This document shows positions 18,697 through 27,851 of a stretch of 35,650 nucleotides of DNA, piece after piece. The notes under the pieces were generated by a model. It worked only from the letters and a program-made list of their open reading frames with translations. It did no database searches and had not been told where the DNA came from. Position numbers and translations under genes: made by a program. This DNA is from Sphingomonadales bacterium (GTDB lineage Bacteria; Bacteroidota; Bacteroidia; UBA7662): contig VHBD01000001.1 of the NCBI GenBank assembly GCA_016872125.1, positions 1-35,650 of the forward strand, read 5' to 3'. Numbering within the stretch: the stretch's first letter is position 1; every line of letters starts with the position of its first letter.

Positions 18697-19860
18697 TCAA
18701 TTGGAATTTTTCCAAAGTCCAGCTTCGGCTAAACAACAGGCACGAACGATTTCGTCATTTCCCAGCCCCCACAGGGCAGGTGAATCCAAAGATTCTAGCA
18801 AGGTCGTGAAGGCCAATAAATTGCGGGCATACATGCGGCTGGCATCCTGAGCTTTGGCAGAGGCAGGTGCGGAGCGGCCGCAAACCAAGGCTCGACCTAA
18901 TCGAAGGTTTTCACCGTCCACCGTGCCTTCGCAATTTCCGCCGGATGCAGCGGCCAGGTCGATAACAACAGAACCTTCCTTCATACGTTCCAAGAGAGAT
19001 GAGGGTAAGAGGACAGGAGCTTTGCGCCCCGGGATCTGAGCAGTGGTGATGACCACATCGGCCTTGAGCAATTCTTGTTCCAACATCAATTGCTGACGCT
19101 GACGGTATTCTTCGCTTTGTTCAACGGCGTAACCTCCAGCCTTGAGGTCCTCGACGGCGCCTTCCACCTCCACATAACGCGCCCCCAGGCTCTCCACCTG
19201 CTCTTTGACGGAAGGCCTGGTATCAAAAGCCATCACGACTGCGCCCAATCGCTTGGCTGTGGCAATGGCTTGCAAACCCGCAACCCCTGCGCCAACCACC
19301 AGGACCCTTGCCGGTGCAATGGTGCCCGCGGCGGTCATCATCATGGGGAAGCAACGCGGAAGCAAGGTGGCCGCTTCAAGAACTGCCTGGTATCCCCCGA
19401 TGGAGGCTTGGCTGGAAAGAACATCCATGCTCTGCGCACGGGTTATTCTGGGCAAGGCGTCCAAAGTCAAAATGTTCAGACCAAAGGAAGCCCAGTGCTT
19501 CAAGATATCCACGTTACGGTCCGGGGCCAAGGTTCCAATCAACCATCTCGTTTCCCCTTGAGCACCTTGGTCTCGAGCAGTGTTCAACCAAGCCTCGGCC
19601 CAAGGTTTGCCCGAAGAGGATAGCCCGCTGGCATCGGGGCAACGTACTGTAATTAAGGCCTGAACTTCTGTCGGCAAAGCGGAACGCGGGCCCATTTGAG
19701 CACCAACGGCATGGTACTCCTCGTCGGTATAGGCGGCCAATGCACCGGCACCTGATTCAACCCATACGGTATGACCCTTAGACAACCATGCTTGGACGAG
19801 GTCCGGTCCAGCGGCCACTCTTTGTTCTGGAGAATTTTCTTGAAGGATTCCAATAAACAT
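18697..19860 (-). CDS. pntAA: NAD(P) transhydrogenase subunit alpha part 1 (soluble dI domain)
   Basis: 387 aa with an alanine-dehydrogenase/PNT fold: RITRAQSMDVLSSQASIGGY, Rossmann VLVVGAGVAGLQAI and VIDLAAASGGNCE. Confidence 0.93.
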   Translation of the reverse strand: MFIGILQENSPEQRVAAGPDLVQAWLSKGHTVWVESGAGALAAYTDEEYHAVGAQMGPRSALPTEVQALITVRCPDASGLSSSGKPWAEAWLNTARDQGAQGETRWLIGTLAPDRNVDILKHWASFGLNILTLDALPRITRAQSMDVLSSQASIGGYQAVLEAATLLPRCFPMMMTAAGTIAPARVLVVGAGVAGLQAIATAKRLGAVVMAFDTRPSVKEQVESLGARYVEVEGAVEDLKAGGYAVEQSEEYRQRQQLMLEQELLKADVVITTAQIPGRKAPVLLPSSLLERMKEGSVVIDLAAASGGNCEGTVDGENLRLGRALVCGRSAPASAKAQDASRMYARNLLAFTTLLESLDSPALWGLGNDEIVRACCLAEAGLWKNSN

Positions 19861-19943
19861 AGGCGGGATTCAGGGTCTAGACTTTGGGAGTTGCTTTGAT
19901 TTAACTATCCTATCTGGCTTATTGTTTGGAGATCTCCCGCGAA

Positions 19944-21812
19944 TTAATCCACGTTATCATGCAGATAACGATTTCCGGTTTGAATAATCCCTGAATTACC
20001 TTGACCTATACCAATGCTCGTGCGGCTTAAAGGCATTTCAGCGCTCCCCGGTGCCAGATCGGGCTGATACCCGGCACGAACATAGGCCGGCACTTTCTCC
20101 AACTCCTCCAACGAAGGCATTCCGGGGGCATTAATCAGGCTGTTGAGTTTGCGAAGATTCTGTATCCTTTGGCGTGAACGGGTCAACACATCATCCTCGT
20201 TGGGCCCTGTCGCGTAAACCTCCTGAACTCTATCCTCCACAAGGGGGGTTACTTCGTTGGGTGTTGAGGTTAGCGTTGGTTCATCCACCGCCAAATCCCA
20301 TTCCACCGTTCCATCGTAACCAAAGAAAGGATTGATTTCGGCCTCAACAGACCCCTCATCCTGGGCTACGGGCTTGTCGTTGGATGTGATTTCCGAAGTT
20401 GGCGTCGCCATGCTTGACTTATCCGATTCAGATCCCTGATCTTCGGCTTTAGTTGAGGGCTGATCCTCCAAAGTCCAAACCGTGGTGAACAAGTTCTTTT
20501 CGGATGGTTCAGCGTCCACCGTGGTTTGAAGATCGATGGATGGGCCTTCATCAATCACCGTGAATAAGGGTAAATTTTCTTGGTCCTCCTTCCATGCATG
20601 ATCGGAATGATTGGCAGGATCCGCAGCGACAGGTTCCGAGAAAGTCCATTCTTTCTCCAACATTTTGCGGGTTGCTTCCAAAGCCTCTTTGGGATCCAAT
20701 TCCGAAGGCTTGGGTTGCTCAACCGTGGCCTCCTTGGCATCCAGCTGGTGAACCGTCACTGGACCTGGATTTTCTACCGGAAAACCAGAACCTGTTGCCG
20801 ATGAACCTTTGACCGCACCATAAATTCTATTATTCTGACCCTCAAATCCAGTGGCAATCAAGGTGACACGCATGGCATCGCCCAAGGTTTCGTCCGTACA
20901 ATTTCCCCAAATCACATCCGTTCCTGCTCCGGCTTCGGTTTGCACGTAATCATTCACTTCCCCAATTTCATCCAATCGAATAGGATCATCCAAGCCGCTG
21001 CTTAGGTTGATCAAAATATTTCTGGCACCGGAAATATCGTTTTCACTCAAGAGGGGTGACGACAAGGCCATACGAACTGCTTCGATGGCACGATTTTCAC
21101 CGGAGGCTTGACCATTACCCATGACGGCTTTGCCGCTGCGATGAAGGACTGTCTTGACATCTGCAAAATCGACATTGACATAACCATCGACCGTGATTAT
21201 TTCGGCAATACCCTTGGCTGCTGACGCTAACACATCATCAGCTTTCGCAAAGGCTTCTTTGAAGACCAAATTCCCGAACAATTCCCTCACCTTATCGTTG
21301 CTAATGACCAAGGTCGTATCGCAGAATTGACGCAATTCCCTCAATCCATCTTCGGCCTGCTCCAAACGCTTCTTGCCTTCAAAACTGAAGGGCAAGGTCA
21401 CAATCCCAACGGTCAAAATATCCAAGGCCCTGCAGGCCTCGGCCAATACCGGAGCAGCACCTGTTCCTGTTCCGCCCCCTAAACCAGCCGTAATAAAAAC
21501 CATTTTGGTATCGGATCCAATCAACTCTTTGAAATCTTCCATGGTTTCCACAGCAGCCTGCCTGCCAATCTCCGGCTGATTACCTGCCCCTCTCCCTTCC
21601 GTCAAAAAGGGACCCAGTTGCAAACGATTGCGAACCAAATTTCGCTCCAAAGCTTGGTAATCGGTATTGCAAACCAGAAAGTCCACATCCTTGATGCCTT
21701 TCTGAAACATGTGGTTCACCGCGTTGCCTCCTGCCCCTCCGATACCGATAACCTTGATGATGGCGTTGGGGTTGGAGCCCAAGCTGAATTGAAAATTGCT
21801 CATTACGTTCAT
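19944..21812 (-). CDS. ftsZ: Cell division GTPase FtsZ with a very long C-terminal linker
   Basis: 622 aa with IGIGGAGGNAVNHM and the tubulin signature GLGGGTGTGAAPV. The globular core ends near residue 323 (LIATGF). It is followed by ~240 aa of acidic Pro/Ser/Thr-rich sequence and a conserved-looking C-terminal peptide. Confidence 0.97.
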   Translation of the reverse strand: MNVMSNFQFSLGSNPNAIIKVIGIGGAGGNAVNHMFQKGIKDVDFLVCNTDYQALERNLVRNRLQLGPFLTEGRGAGNQPEIGRQAAVETMEDFKELIGSDTKMVFITAGLGGGTGTGAAPVLAEACRALDILTVGIVTLPFSFEGKKRLEQAEDGLRELRQFCDTTLVISNDKVRELFGNLVFKEAFAKADDVLASAAKGIAEIITVDGYVNVDFADVKTVLHRSGKAVMGNGQASGENRAIEAVRMALSSPLLSENDISGARNILINLSSGLDDPIRLDEIGEVNDYVQTEAGAGTDVIWGNCTDETLGDAMRVTLIATGFEGQNNRIYGAVKGSSATGSGFPVENPGPVTVHQLDAKEATVEQPKPSELDPKEALEATRKMLEKEWTFSEPVAADPANHSDHAWKEDQENLPLFTVIDEGPSIDLQTTVDAEPSEKNLFTTVWTLEDQPSTKAEDQGSESDKSSMATPTSEITSNDKPVAQDEGSVEAEINPFFGYDGTVEWDLAVDEPTLTSTPNEVTPLVEDRVQEVYATGPNEDDVLTRSRQRIQNLRKLNSLINAPGMPSLEELEKVPAYVRAGYQPDLAPGSAEMPLSRTSIGIGQGNSGIIQTGNRYLHDNVD

Positions 21813-21902
21813 AGGTTAGATTTAAATGTTAAGGTTAAAGTGAATTATAAATTTTATATTGGCTAAATGTAGATGAATTACGAAAACTGCTTCATGGGGC
21901 TT

Positions 21903-23300
21903 TTATCGGCGATAATTTTGATTCAAATCAGGGTCCGAGAGGATGCCACCTAAACCTTTAAGCAACCTGTTCAAAAGACCTTTGGGATCCTCTTGGCGTG
22001 GTGGAGGTGAAGGTTGTTTAGTCATCGTTGCCTCTGTATCTTCATCGGCTTGTACCCGAGTCTTTTCACGATAATCCAAATCAGCCAAAGAAGTCAAGAC
22101 CAGACCTGCCACTGTTGCATAAATCGGAGATTTTAATTCCTCCGAGGCGTTGCATAAATGCTCCCTGGAATCACCGATACGAGCCTCTAGGCCGGTAAGT
22201 ACCGAGAAAAGAAGCTTGATATTAGAAAGTTGTGCACCGCCCCCGGTAAGGACGATTCCAGCACTCAACCGCTTTTCATAACCTGAGTTACGAATTTCAA
22301 ATTGAACATGCTGAATAATTTCTTTGACACGAGCCGAGATAATACTAGCCAGGGTATGCACAGAAACCTCCCTGGGCTCTCTTCCTCGAAGACCCGGTAT
22401 GGAAACCACCTCATTGGCCATGTTGCTATGCACGACGGCAGAACCAAAACGAGTTTTCAAGGCTTCCGCTTGATCAAAAAGCACAGAACAACCTTCTTGA
22501 ATGTCGTGTGTAATGACATTTCCTCCCAAGGGTATCACCGCGGTGTGGCGAATAATGTTTTGATGAAAAATAGCGATGTCTGTCGTACCGCCTCCGATAT
22601 CGACCAACACCACGCCGGCTTCTTTTTCATCCTCTCCTAACACTGCCTGTGCTGAAGCCAAAGGTTCCAAGGTAAGGCCCTCAATTTCCAAATCGGCCTT
22701 CTCTACGCAACGCTTGATGTTCATGATAGCCCCGACAGATCCCGTAATGACATGAAACATGCCTTCCAAGGTAATTCCACTCATGCCCACAGGATTGGTA
22801 ATATCTTTCTCGCCATCCACGATGTAGTCCTGTGCGAGGACATTGATGATTTCGTATCCGGCCTGCTGCGGTACCCGAAAAATTTCGTTCCGCAAACGAT
22901 CCACATCTTCAAGTGATATTTCGGTTTGATTGTCGTGCCTTGTCAACATATTTCTTTGCTGATGGCTACGAATATGTTGACCCGCAATGCCCACATTGAC
23001 GGTTCCAATATCGACGGCGGAAGAAGCCGCAGCCTCGGTAACCGCTTCGGTGATGGACTTCACAGTTGATTCAATATTCGCGACCGTACCACGGTTGACG
23101 CCATGGGATACGGCCTTACCCATGCCCAAAATGTCCACCTTGCCATTTTCGTTACGCCTGGCTACGACTGCGCAAATTTTGGTAGTCCCTATATCCAATC
23201 CGACCACCAAAGGTAATTCTGGCGTTTGTGCAGCAGGGCTCTCGTTTGGAGCAGGCTGAACGGTAGATGAAGTTCGAAAAGTGAGAAAATTCAACGGCAT
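21903..23300 (-). CDS. ftsA: Cell division protein FtsA
   Basis: 465 aa, actin/HSP70 fold, with phosphate motifs GLDIGTTKICAVV and VDIGGGTTDIAIF. The C-terminal GLLNRLLKGLGGIL looks like the amphipathic membrane-targeting helix. The ATG overlaps the ftsQ 3' end by 10 nt. Confidence 0.95.
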   Translation of the reverse strand: MPLNFLTFRTSSTVQPAPNESPAAQTPELPLVVGLDIGTTKICAVVARRNENGKVDILGMGKAVSHGVNRGTVANIESTVKSITEAVTEAAASSAVDIGTVNVGIAGQHIRSHQQRNMLTRHDNQTEISLEDVDRLRNEIFRVPQQAGYEIINVLAQDYIVDGEKDITNPVGMSGITLEGMFHVITGSVGAIMNIKRCVEKADLEIEGLTLEPLASAQAVLGEDEKEAGVVLVDIGGGTTDIAIFHQNIIRHTAVIPLGGNVITHDIQEGCSVLFDQAEALKTRFGSAVVHSNMANEVVSIPGLRGREPREVSVHTLASIISARVKEIIQHVQFEIRNSGYEKRLSAGIVLTGGGAQLSNIKLLFSVLTGLEARIGDSREHLCNASEELKSPIYATVAGLVLTSLADLDYREKTRVQADEDTEATMTKQPSPPPRQEDPKGLLNRLLKGLGGILSDPDLNQNYRR

Positions 23301-24082
23301 ACGATTTGATTTTTGAAAACTAAATTGATGGAACGAAATGATTCAGGCGCAGAGTCTGCAGGAGCAAACCTGTAAAAAGAAGATAAATTTCGGAGCTTAG
23401 AAGAGAGGTCCATGGAGGTCCCTATCCAAATCTCTTGTCCGCTTAGTGTTCTTAAAATCAATGCATTGGAATCCGCACCGGCGACAATATACTGGGTCAC
23501 CAGCGGTTCAAGGAGGCTGTCTTTGTTGATCCATTCCTTGACCATCAGGGCTAAGGTCAATCCTTTGTTGCGGGATTGATATGGCAAAGAGGGACGAAGC
23601 GGGATCTTACCCAATAAAACAGGAACAGGGGTCGCAAAATCCGCCTTCAAGGGTAAACTTACCCCATCTGCAGCGAGATAATACCCGGAGGTCCGTTCAG
23701 GCAACACCCGCAATACCGGTTCTCTGTGATTCAAAAAGACCATCAACGCATGATCGGTATCGTAACAAAGCTCTGCCTCGGATAAGTAAGGTAATTTCCT
23801 GAGGGACTTTTCTTTTTGATCAATATCTGTCCTGAATTTGCCCTGCAATGGGCCTAAGAAAGCGTGGACATCTTGATCCTTGAGCATATGGAGACCGTGT
23901 TGGTCTTGCCAAAAGATGCGCACCCCCTTGATGCGGGCATGATCCAGATTGTGTTGAGCGAACCCCCATGCCGTCATGCACAAGGCCACCGCAACAACAG
24001 CTCTCAACACCTTCAGCACCTTGCTGATGCCAGGCTGGTTTATCCAATGGACAAGATTACCTTTCATCGCTTTCCTTGACAT
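23291..24082 (-). CDS. ftsQ: Cell division protein FtsQ (POTRA domain)
   Basis: 263 aa with a single N-terminal TM (VLRAVVAVALCMTAWGF) followed by a POTRA-like segment (IKGVRIFWQD...LNHREPVLRVLP). Syntenic slot between murC and ftsA. The start is uncertain: ATG 24082, or ATG 24067 (MKGNLVH). Confidence 0.8.
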   Translation of the reverse strand: MSRKAMKGNLVHWINQPGISKVLKVLRAVVAVALCMTAWGFAQHNLDHARIKGVRIFWQDQHGLHMLKDQDVHAFLGPLQGKFRTDIDQKEKSLRKLPYLSEAELCYDTDHALMVFLNHREPVLRVLPERTSGYYLAADGVSLPLKADFATPVPVLLGKIPLRPSLPYQSRNKGLTLALMVKEWINKDSLLEPLVTQYIVAGADSNALILRTLSGQEIWIGTSMDLSSKLRNLSSFYRFAPADSAPESFRSINLVFKNQIVCR

Positions 24083-25454
24083 TGGATTCCGCCATCACTC
24101 GCTCCGAGAGCAAGGGTAAATATTGATCCAAATCACCCGCCCCAACGGTGACAATGATATCGGCCTCGCTGGCCAAAATCGTGTCCAGCCAGGTTCCATC
24201 CTGCAATGCATCTTGGCCAATGCTGATCACAGGACAGGTCATGTTGCTGGCAATAAGGTCGCTGTTCACCCCTGCAATGGGGAGTTCTCTGGCGGGATAA
24301 ATGGGAAGCAAGATGCATTGATCCAAAGCACTGAGTGAGGATGCAAATTCAGCGGCAAAATCACGGGTCCTGCTGAACAAATGAGGTTGAAAAATACCTA
24401 AAACACGGCTATGGGGATGCATCAAACGAATACCGTGGATTAAAGCCTCAATTTCCCGGGGATGATGAGCATAATCGTCAATCAACCAACGCCTGCGACC
24501 CCGGGCCACATATTCAAAACGCCGTTTGATGCCGCGGAAATCGGCCATCGCCGGCGCTATGGACTCCGGATTTACCCCGCATTCCAGGGCAATGGTGATC
24601 GCCGCCAAGGCATTTTCGATATTATGTGTGCCGGGCAGGATGCTTGGTATATCCTTGATCACAACTTTCCCGCAATAATCAAACCAAAAGTATCCTTCCG
24701 CAACAGCAATGTTATCCGCCCATATTCCCGAAGGTTCCCCGTAACGAAGATGGGTTACCCCTTCCATGGATTTGAGGTCCAAACCATGACGAGTGACCAA
24801 GGTCTTGCTGGCCGATTGGGCAAATTGTCTGTACGATTTGAGCACCGAGTCAGCATCGCCGTACACATCCAAATGGTCTGCATCGGTGCTGGTCACCACG
24901 GCCCATTGGGGTTGCAATTCATGAAAGGAACGATCGTATTCGTCTGCTTCCACGACCATCATGGAATCCGGACCGCCCAACATAAAATTCGAACTTGCAT
25001 TCACGCCCAATCCACCGAGGAATGCCGTTACATCCACCCCGCCGCAACGCAGCAGATGAGCGACCAAGGACGAGGTCGTGGTTTTGCCGTGCGTCCCTGC
25101 CACCGCTACCGTAGGCCTCCGTAGGGTCAATAGCCCCAACATTCTGGACCTTTTGATTATGGTGTAATTGCCGTTCCTGAAAAAATTCATCCAAGCCTGA
25201 TCCAAAGGAATGGCAGGGGTATAAATCACCAAACAATGCTCCGGGTGCTCATCAAAAGGAGACGGGCAAGCCGCGGGATCCAGATGGTGCAAAATAACCG
25301 CCCCCTCCCGTGACAAGGCATGGGTCAAATCCGTTTCGGTCCGGTCGTAACCTGCTACCTCTTTGCCGGAACTCAACAAGAACCGCGCGACGGCACTCAT
25401 GCCGATCCCCCCAATACCCACGAGGAAATAACGCTTATAGGCCATAGGGTTCAT
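24057..25454 (-). CDS. murC: UDP-N-acetylmuramate--L-alanine ligase
   Basis: The ORF track runs to 25547. The ATG at 25454..25452 (MNPMAYKRYFLVGIGGIGMSAVA) overlaps the murG stop as ATGA. Mur ligase P-loop GTHGKTTTSSL is present. 465 aa. Confidence 0.95.
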   Translation of the reverse strand: MNPMAYKRYFLVGIGGIGMSAVARFLLSSGKEVAGYDRTETDLTHALSREGAVILHHLDPAACPSPFDEHPEHCLVIYTPAIPLDQAWMNFFRNGNYTIIKRSRMLGLLTLRRPTVAVAGTHGKTTTSSLVAHLLRCGGVDVTAFLGGLGVNASSNFMLGGPDSMMVVEADEYDRSFHELQPQWAVVTSTDADHLDVYGDADSVLKSYRQFAQSASKTLVTRHGLDLKSMEGVTHLRYGEPSGIWADNIAVAEGYFWFDYCGKVVIKDIPSILPGTHNIENALAAITIALECGVNPESIAPAMADFRGIKRRFEYVARGRRRWLIDDYAHHPREIEALIHGIRLMHPHSRVLGIFQPHLFSRTRDFAAEFASSLSALDQCILLPIYPARELPIAGVNSDLIASNMTCPVISIGQDALQDGTWLDTILASEADIIVTVGAGDLDQYLPLLSERVMAESNVKESDER

Positions 25455-26596
25455 GGGCTCCCTCCTTCCTGTATCATTTGTAACATATCCTTGGCAATCT
25501 GGTCCGCTGCATCGGGTAGCGCCATGGCCTTGAGGGCTTGGCCCCATTGTTGCAAGGCGCCAGCCTCGTTCTCTTGGGGATCATCGTGGTGCATAGCTGA
25601 CCAGCGCTGAAGCATGTCCGGTAATTCCTCAGCGAGGTCTCTGTCGCTGCTCATCCAGGCTGCGCTACGTTGTACCCAATGAAGGGCATTGTGATGCTGA
25701 TGATTTTCGGCGACATAAGGCGATGGCACCAAGATGCAAGGCTTGCCCACTACCGCCAATTCGCTCATCGTCCCTGCGCCCGCTCTGCTAATGATAAGAT
25801 CCGCTGCCGCATAGGCCCTATCCATTTCCTGTACAAAAGGCCGTACAATAAGTTTATTGGGCATGCTTTGAATTAAATCTTGAGGGACATCACAGGATTT
25901 ACCGCATTGCCAAATCCAAGCGTATTGACGATCACCAGAACGTAGAACTTTTTCGACGGCTTCGTTAATGGCCCTTGCCCCCAGGCTACCCCCCAACACA
26001 AGGATGACTTTGAGGGTGGCGTTTAAACCCCAACGAGACTTTGCCTCTGCCTGGTCCTGCAAGGGTTTGGTAATCAAGGACCGTATAGGATTTCCCAAAC
26101 AACGGATCTTCTTCTCCTCAAAGAAGCGATTCATGCCGTCAAAGGCCACATAAATGCGCTGCGCACGACGAGAAAGTTGAAGGTTGGTCTTGCCCGGTAT
26201 TGCATTTTGTTCTTGAATAACCGTCCTAAGGCCTAGCATTTGAGCCATCCATAACAAAGGACCGCTGGCGTAACCCCCAACCCCCACCACCAAATGTGGG
26301 CGCTTTTGCAGCAACAAAATCAGGGACTTCGTCGTGGCCAAAAGCAATTGCAAAGGCAATTTCCAATTGGCCCACAGGGAACTCCTTTGGAAGCCGCTAA
26401 TCCATAGGCCTGTTATAGGAAAGCCTGCCAAGGGAACTTGGGTCATTTCGATTTTGCCCAAGGCACCCACAAAATGGATTTGAGCGGAAGGCTCCAACCT
26501 TTGGAAAGCCTGCGCTATGCTAATTGCCGGGAACACATGGCCCCCGGTACCCCCACCGCTAATCAAGACTCGATAGGCTTGTATAGCATTAGACAT
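25451..26596 (-). CDS. murG: UDP-GlcNAc:lipid I N-acetylglucosaminyltransferase MurG
   Basis: The ORF track runs to 26629. The ATG at 26596..26594 (MSNAIQAYRVLISGGGTGGHVFPA) overlaps the ftsW 3' end as ATGTCTAA. It carries the G-loop typical of MurG. 381 aa. Confidence 0.95.
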   Translation of the reverse strand: MSNAIQAYRVLISGGGTGGHVFPAISIAQAFQRLEPSAQIHFVGALGKIEMTQVPLAGFPITGLWISGFQRSSLWANWKLPLQLLLATTKSLILLLQKRPHLVVGVGGYASGPLLWMAQMLGLRTVIQEQNAIPGKTNLQLSRRAQRIYVAFDGMNRFFEEKKIRCLGNPIRSLITKPLQDQAEAKSRWGLNATLKVILVLGGSLGARAINEAVEKVLRSGDRQYAWIWQCGKSCDVPQDLIQSMPNKLIVRPFVQEMDRAYAAADLIISRAGAGTMSELAVVGKPCILVPSPYVAENHQHHNALHWVQRSAAWMSSDRDLAEELPDMLQRWSAMHHDDPQENEAGALQQWGQALKAMALPDAADQIAKDMLQMIQEGGSP

Positions 26597-27836
26597 AGGC
26601 CAACTCCTTTCCGGGTCTGTTTCCCCCATTATTCATCTTACGGTCGGTATCTTCTTCACCTTCCTGGGCAACGGCATCGCCCTCTATATCCAATTCGGAC
26701 CAATCCCCCTCCCCGGTCATGTCCCTGCTGATGCTTAACACAACCCCCATGGCCAATGCATTGATCAAAATCGAGGAACCCCCGTGGGACAAAAAGGGTA
26801 GGGTCTGCCCGGTTACCGGAAACAAATCCACGGAGACCGCCATGTTGACCATAGCTTGGGCCATAAGGGCCATGCCTAGACCGGAAGCCAACAAAGACCC
26901 GAACGTTGAGCGGGCATGAATTGCGATTTTACGAATTCGGTAAAATAACCCTAGGTACAACAGCAACACAAAGGCCGCTCCAAAGATGCCATATTCTTCA
27001 AGCACAATGGCATAGATATAATCCGAGTAGGCATGTGGCAAGAAATTGCGCTGAATACTGTTCCCTGGGCCTTTGCCAAATAACCCCCCGGAGGCCACGG
27101 CAATTTTGGCTTGTACCACCTGAAAATCTTCTCGCTCGATGGATTTATCGCGATCCAAATAGGCCTCTACCCGATTCACCCAGACCACCACCCTGGGCCA
27201 TCCAAGCGCATACCCCACTAACACGAACAAGGCCAAGAAAACCACACAAGCTCCAACGGCCTTAAGCAAATCCTGAAACCTGGCGCCTGCTATCCATATC
27301 AAGCCCAATCCCACGGACATCAGCATCAAACCCGTGGACATGTTTTCTTTGGCAATCAAAGCGGTGCATACCGCAAGGCCCAAAAACAATTTATCCCAAC
27401 CGCCCCTAAATTTCAGAATCCCATCCCCAAGCAAGGCAAGGCCTCTAGATAACCAGAAAAAGACAAGAAGCCTTGCGGGATCGGAGGCTTGAAAACTAAA
27501 TTTCAAGTAGGGAACTTCCACCGATCGGGAGGCTTCGTTGATGTTTTGGCCAAAAAACAAAGCCCATAACAACAAGGAAACTGCAAGGTAGATTCCCCAA
27601 CTGGACAATCGACCCCACCACAAATAAGGGATGCGATGCATCAGCAACATCAGCCCCATACCTGCCATAAGTTTTGCACCATGCCCGAACAAGGCCTTTT
27701 CGGTATTCCCATCATACTTGTTAAGGGCGAGCTGTCCAGTGGCCGAATAAATCAAAGGCAACGAAAAGACCATCAAGATCCCGATCAGGATCCATAAGGT
27801 GCGATCGCCTTTGAACAATGCGGTGGATTCGGTCAT
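26589..27836 (-). CDS. ftsW: SEDS-family peptidoglycan glycosyltransferase FtsW
   Basis: 415 aa polytopic membrane protein with SEDS segments (YSDYIYAIVLEEYG, LPFLSHGGSSIL) and an acidic C-terminal tail. Slot between murD and murG. Confidence 0.93.
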   Translation of the reverse strand: MTESTALFKGDRTLWILIGILMVFSLPLIYSATGQLALNKYDGNTEKALFGHGAKLMAGMGLMLLMHRIPYLWWGRLSSWGIYLAVSLLLWALFFGQNINEASRSVEVPYLKFSFQASDPARLLVFFWLSRGLALLGDGILKFRGGWDKLFLGLAVCTALIAKENMSTGLMLMSVGLGLIWIAGARFQDLLKAVGACVVFLALFVLVGYALGWPRVVVWVNRVEAYLDRDKSIEREDFQVVQAKIAVASGGLFGKGPGNSIQRNFLPHAYSDYIYAIVLEEYGIFGAAFVLLLYLGLFYRIRKIAIHARSTFGSLLASGLGMALMAQAMVNMAVSVDLFPVTGQTLPFLSHGGSSILINALAMGVVLSISRDMTGEGDWSELDIEGDAVAQEGEEDTDRKMNNGGNRPGKELAYV

Positions 27837-27851
27837 GGGAGAAATTTCTGC

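Noticed and set aside
19928-19937. Perfect 10-bp palindrome GGAGATCTCC just downstream of the ftsZ stop, considered as a terminator or operator.
   Set aside because: As a hairpin it would have only a 3-4 bp stem with no loop room and no U-tract. A 10-bp palindrome is not remarkable in 35 kb.
25455-25547. Upstream extensions of the murC ORF (to 25547), the murE ORF (31907..31996) and the murG ORF (26597..26629).
   Set aside because: Each extension overlaps the preceding gene out of frame. Each internal ATG gives a conserved Mur N-terminus and forms an ATGA or ATGTCTAA junction with the upstream stop codon.
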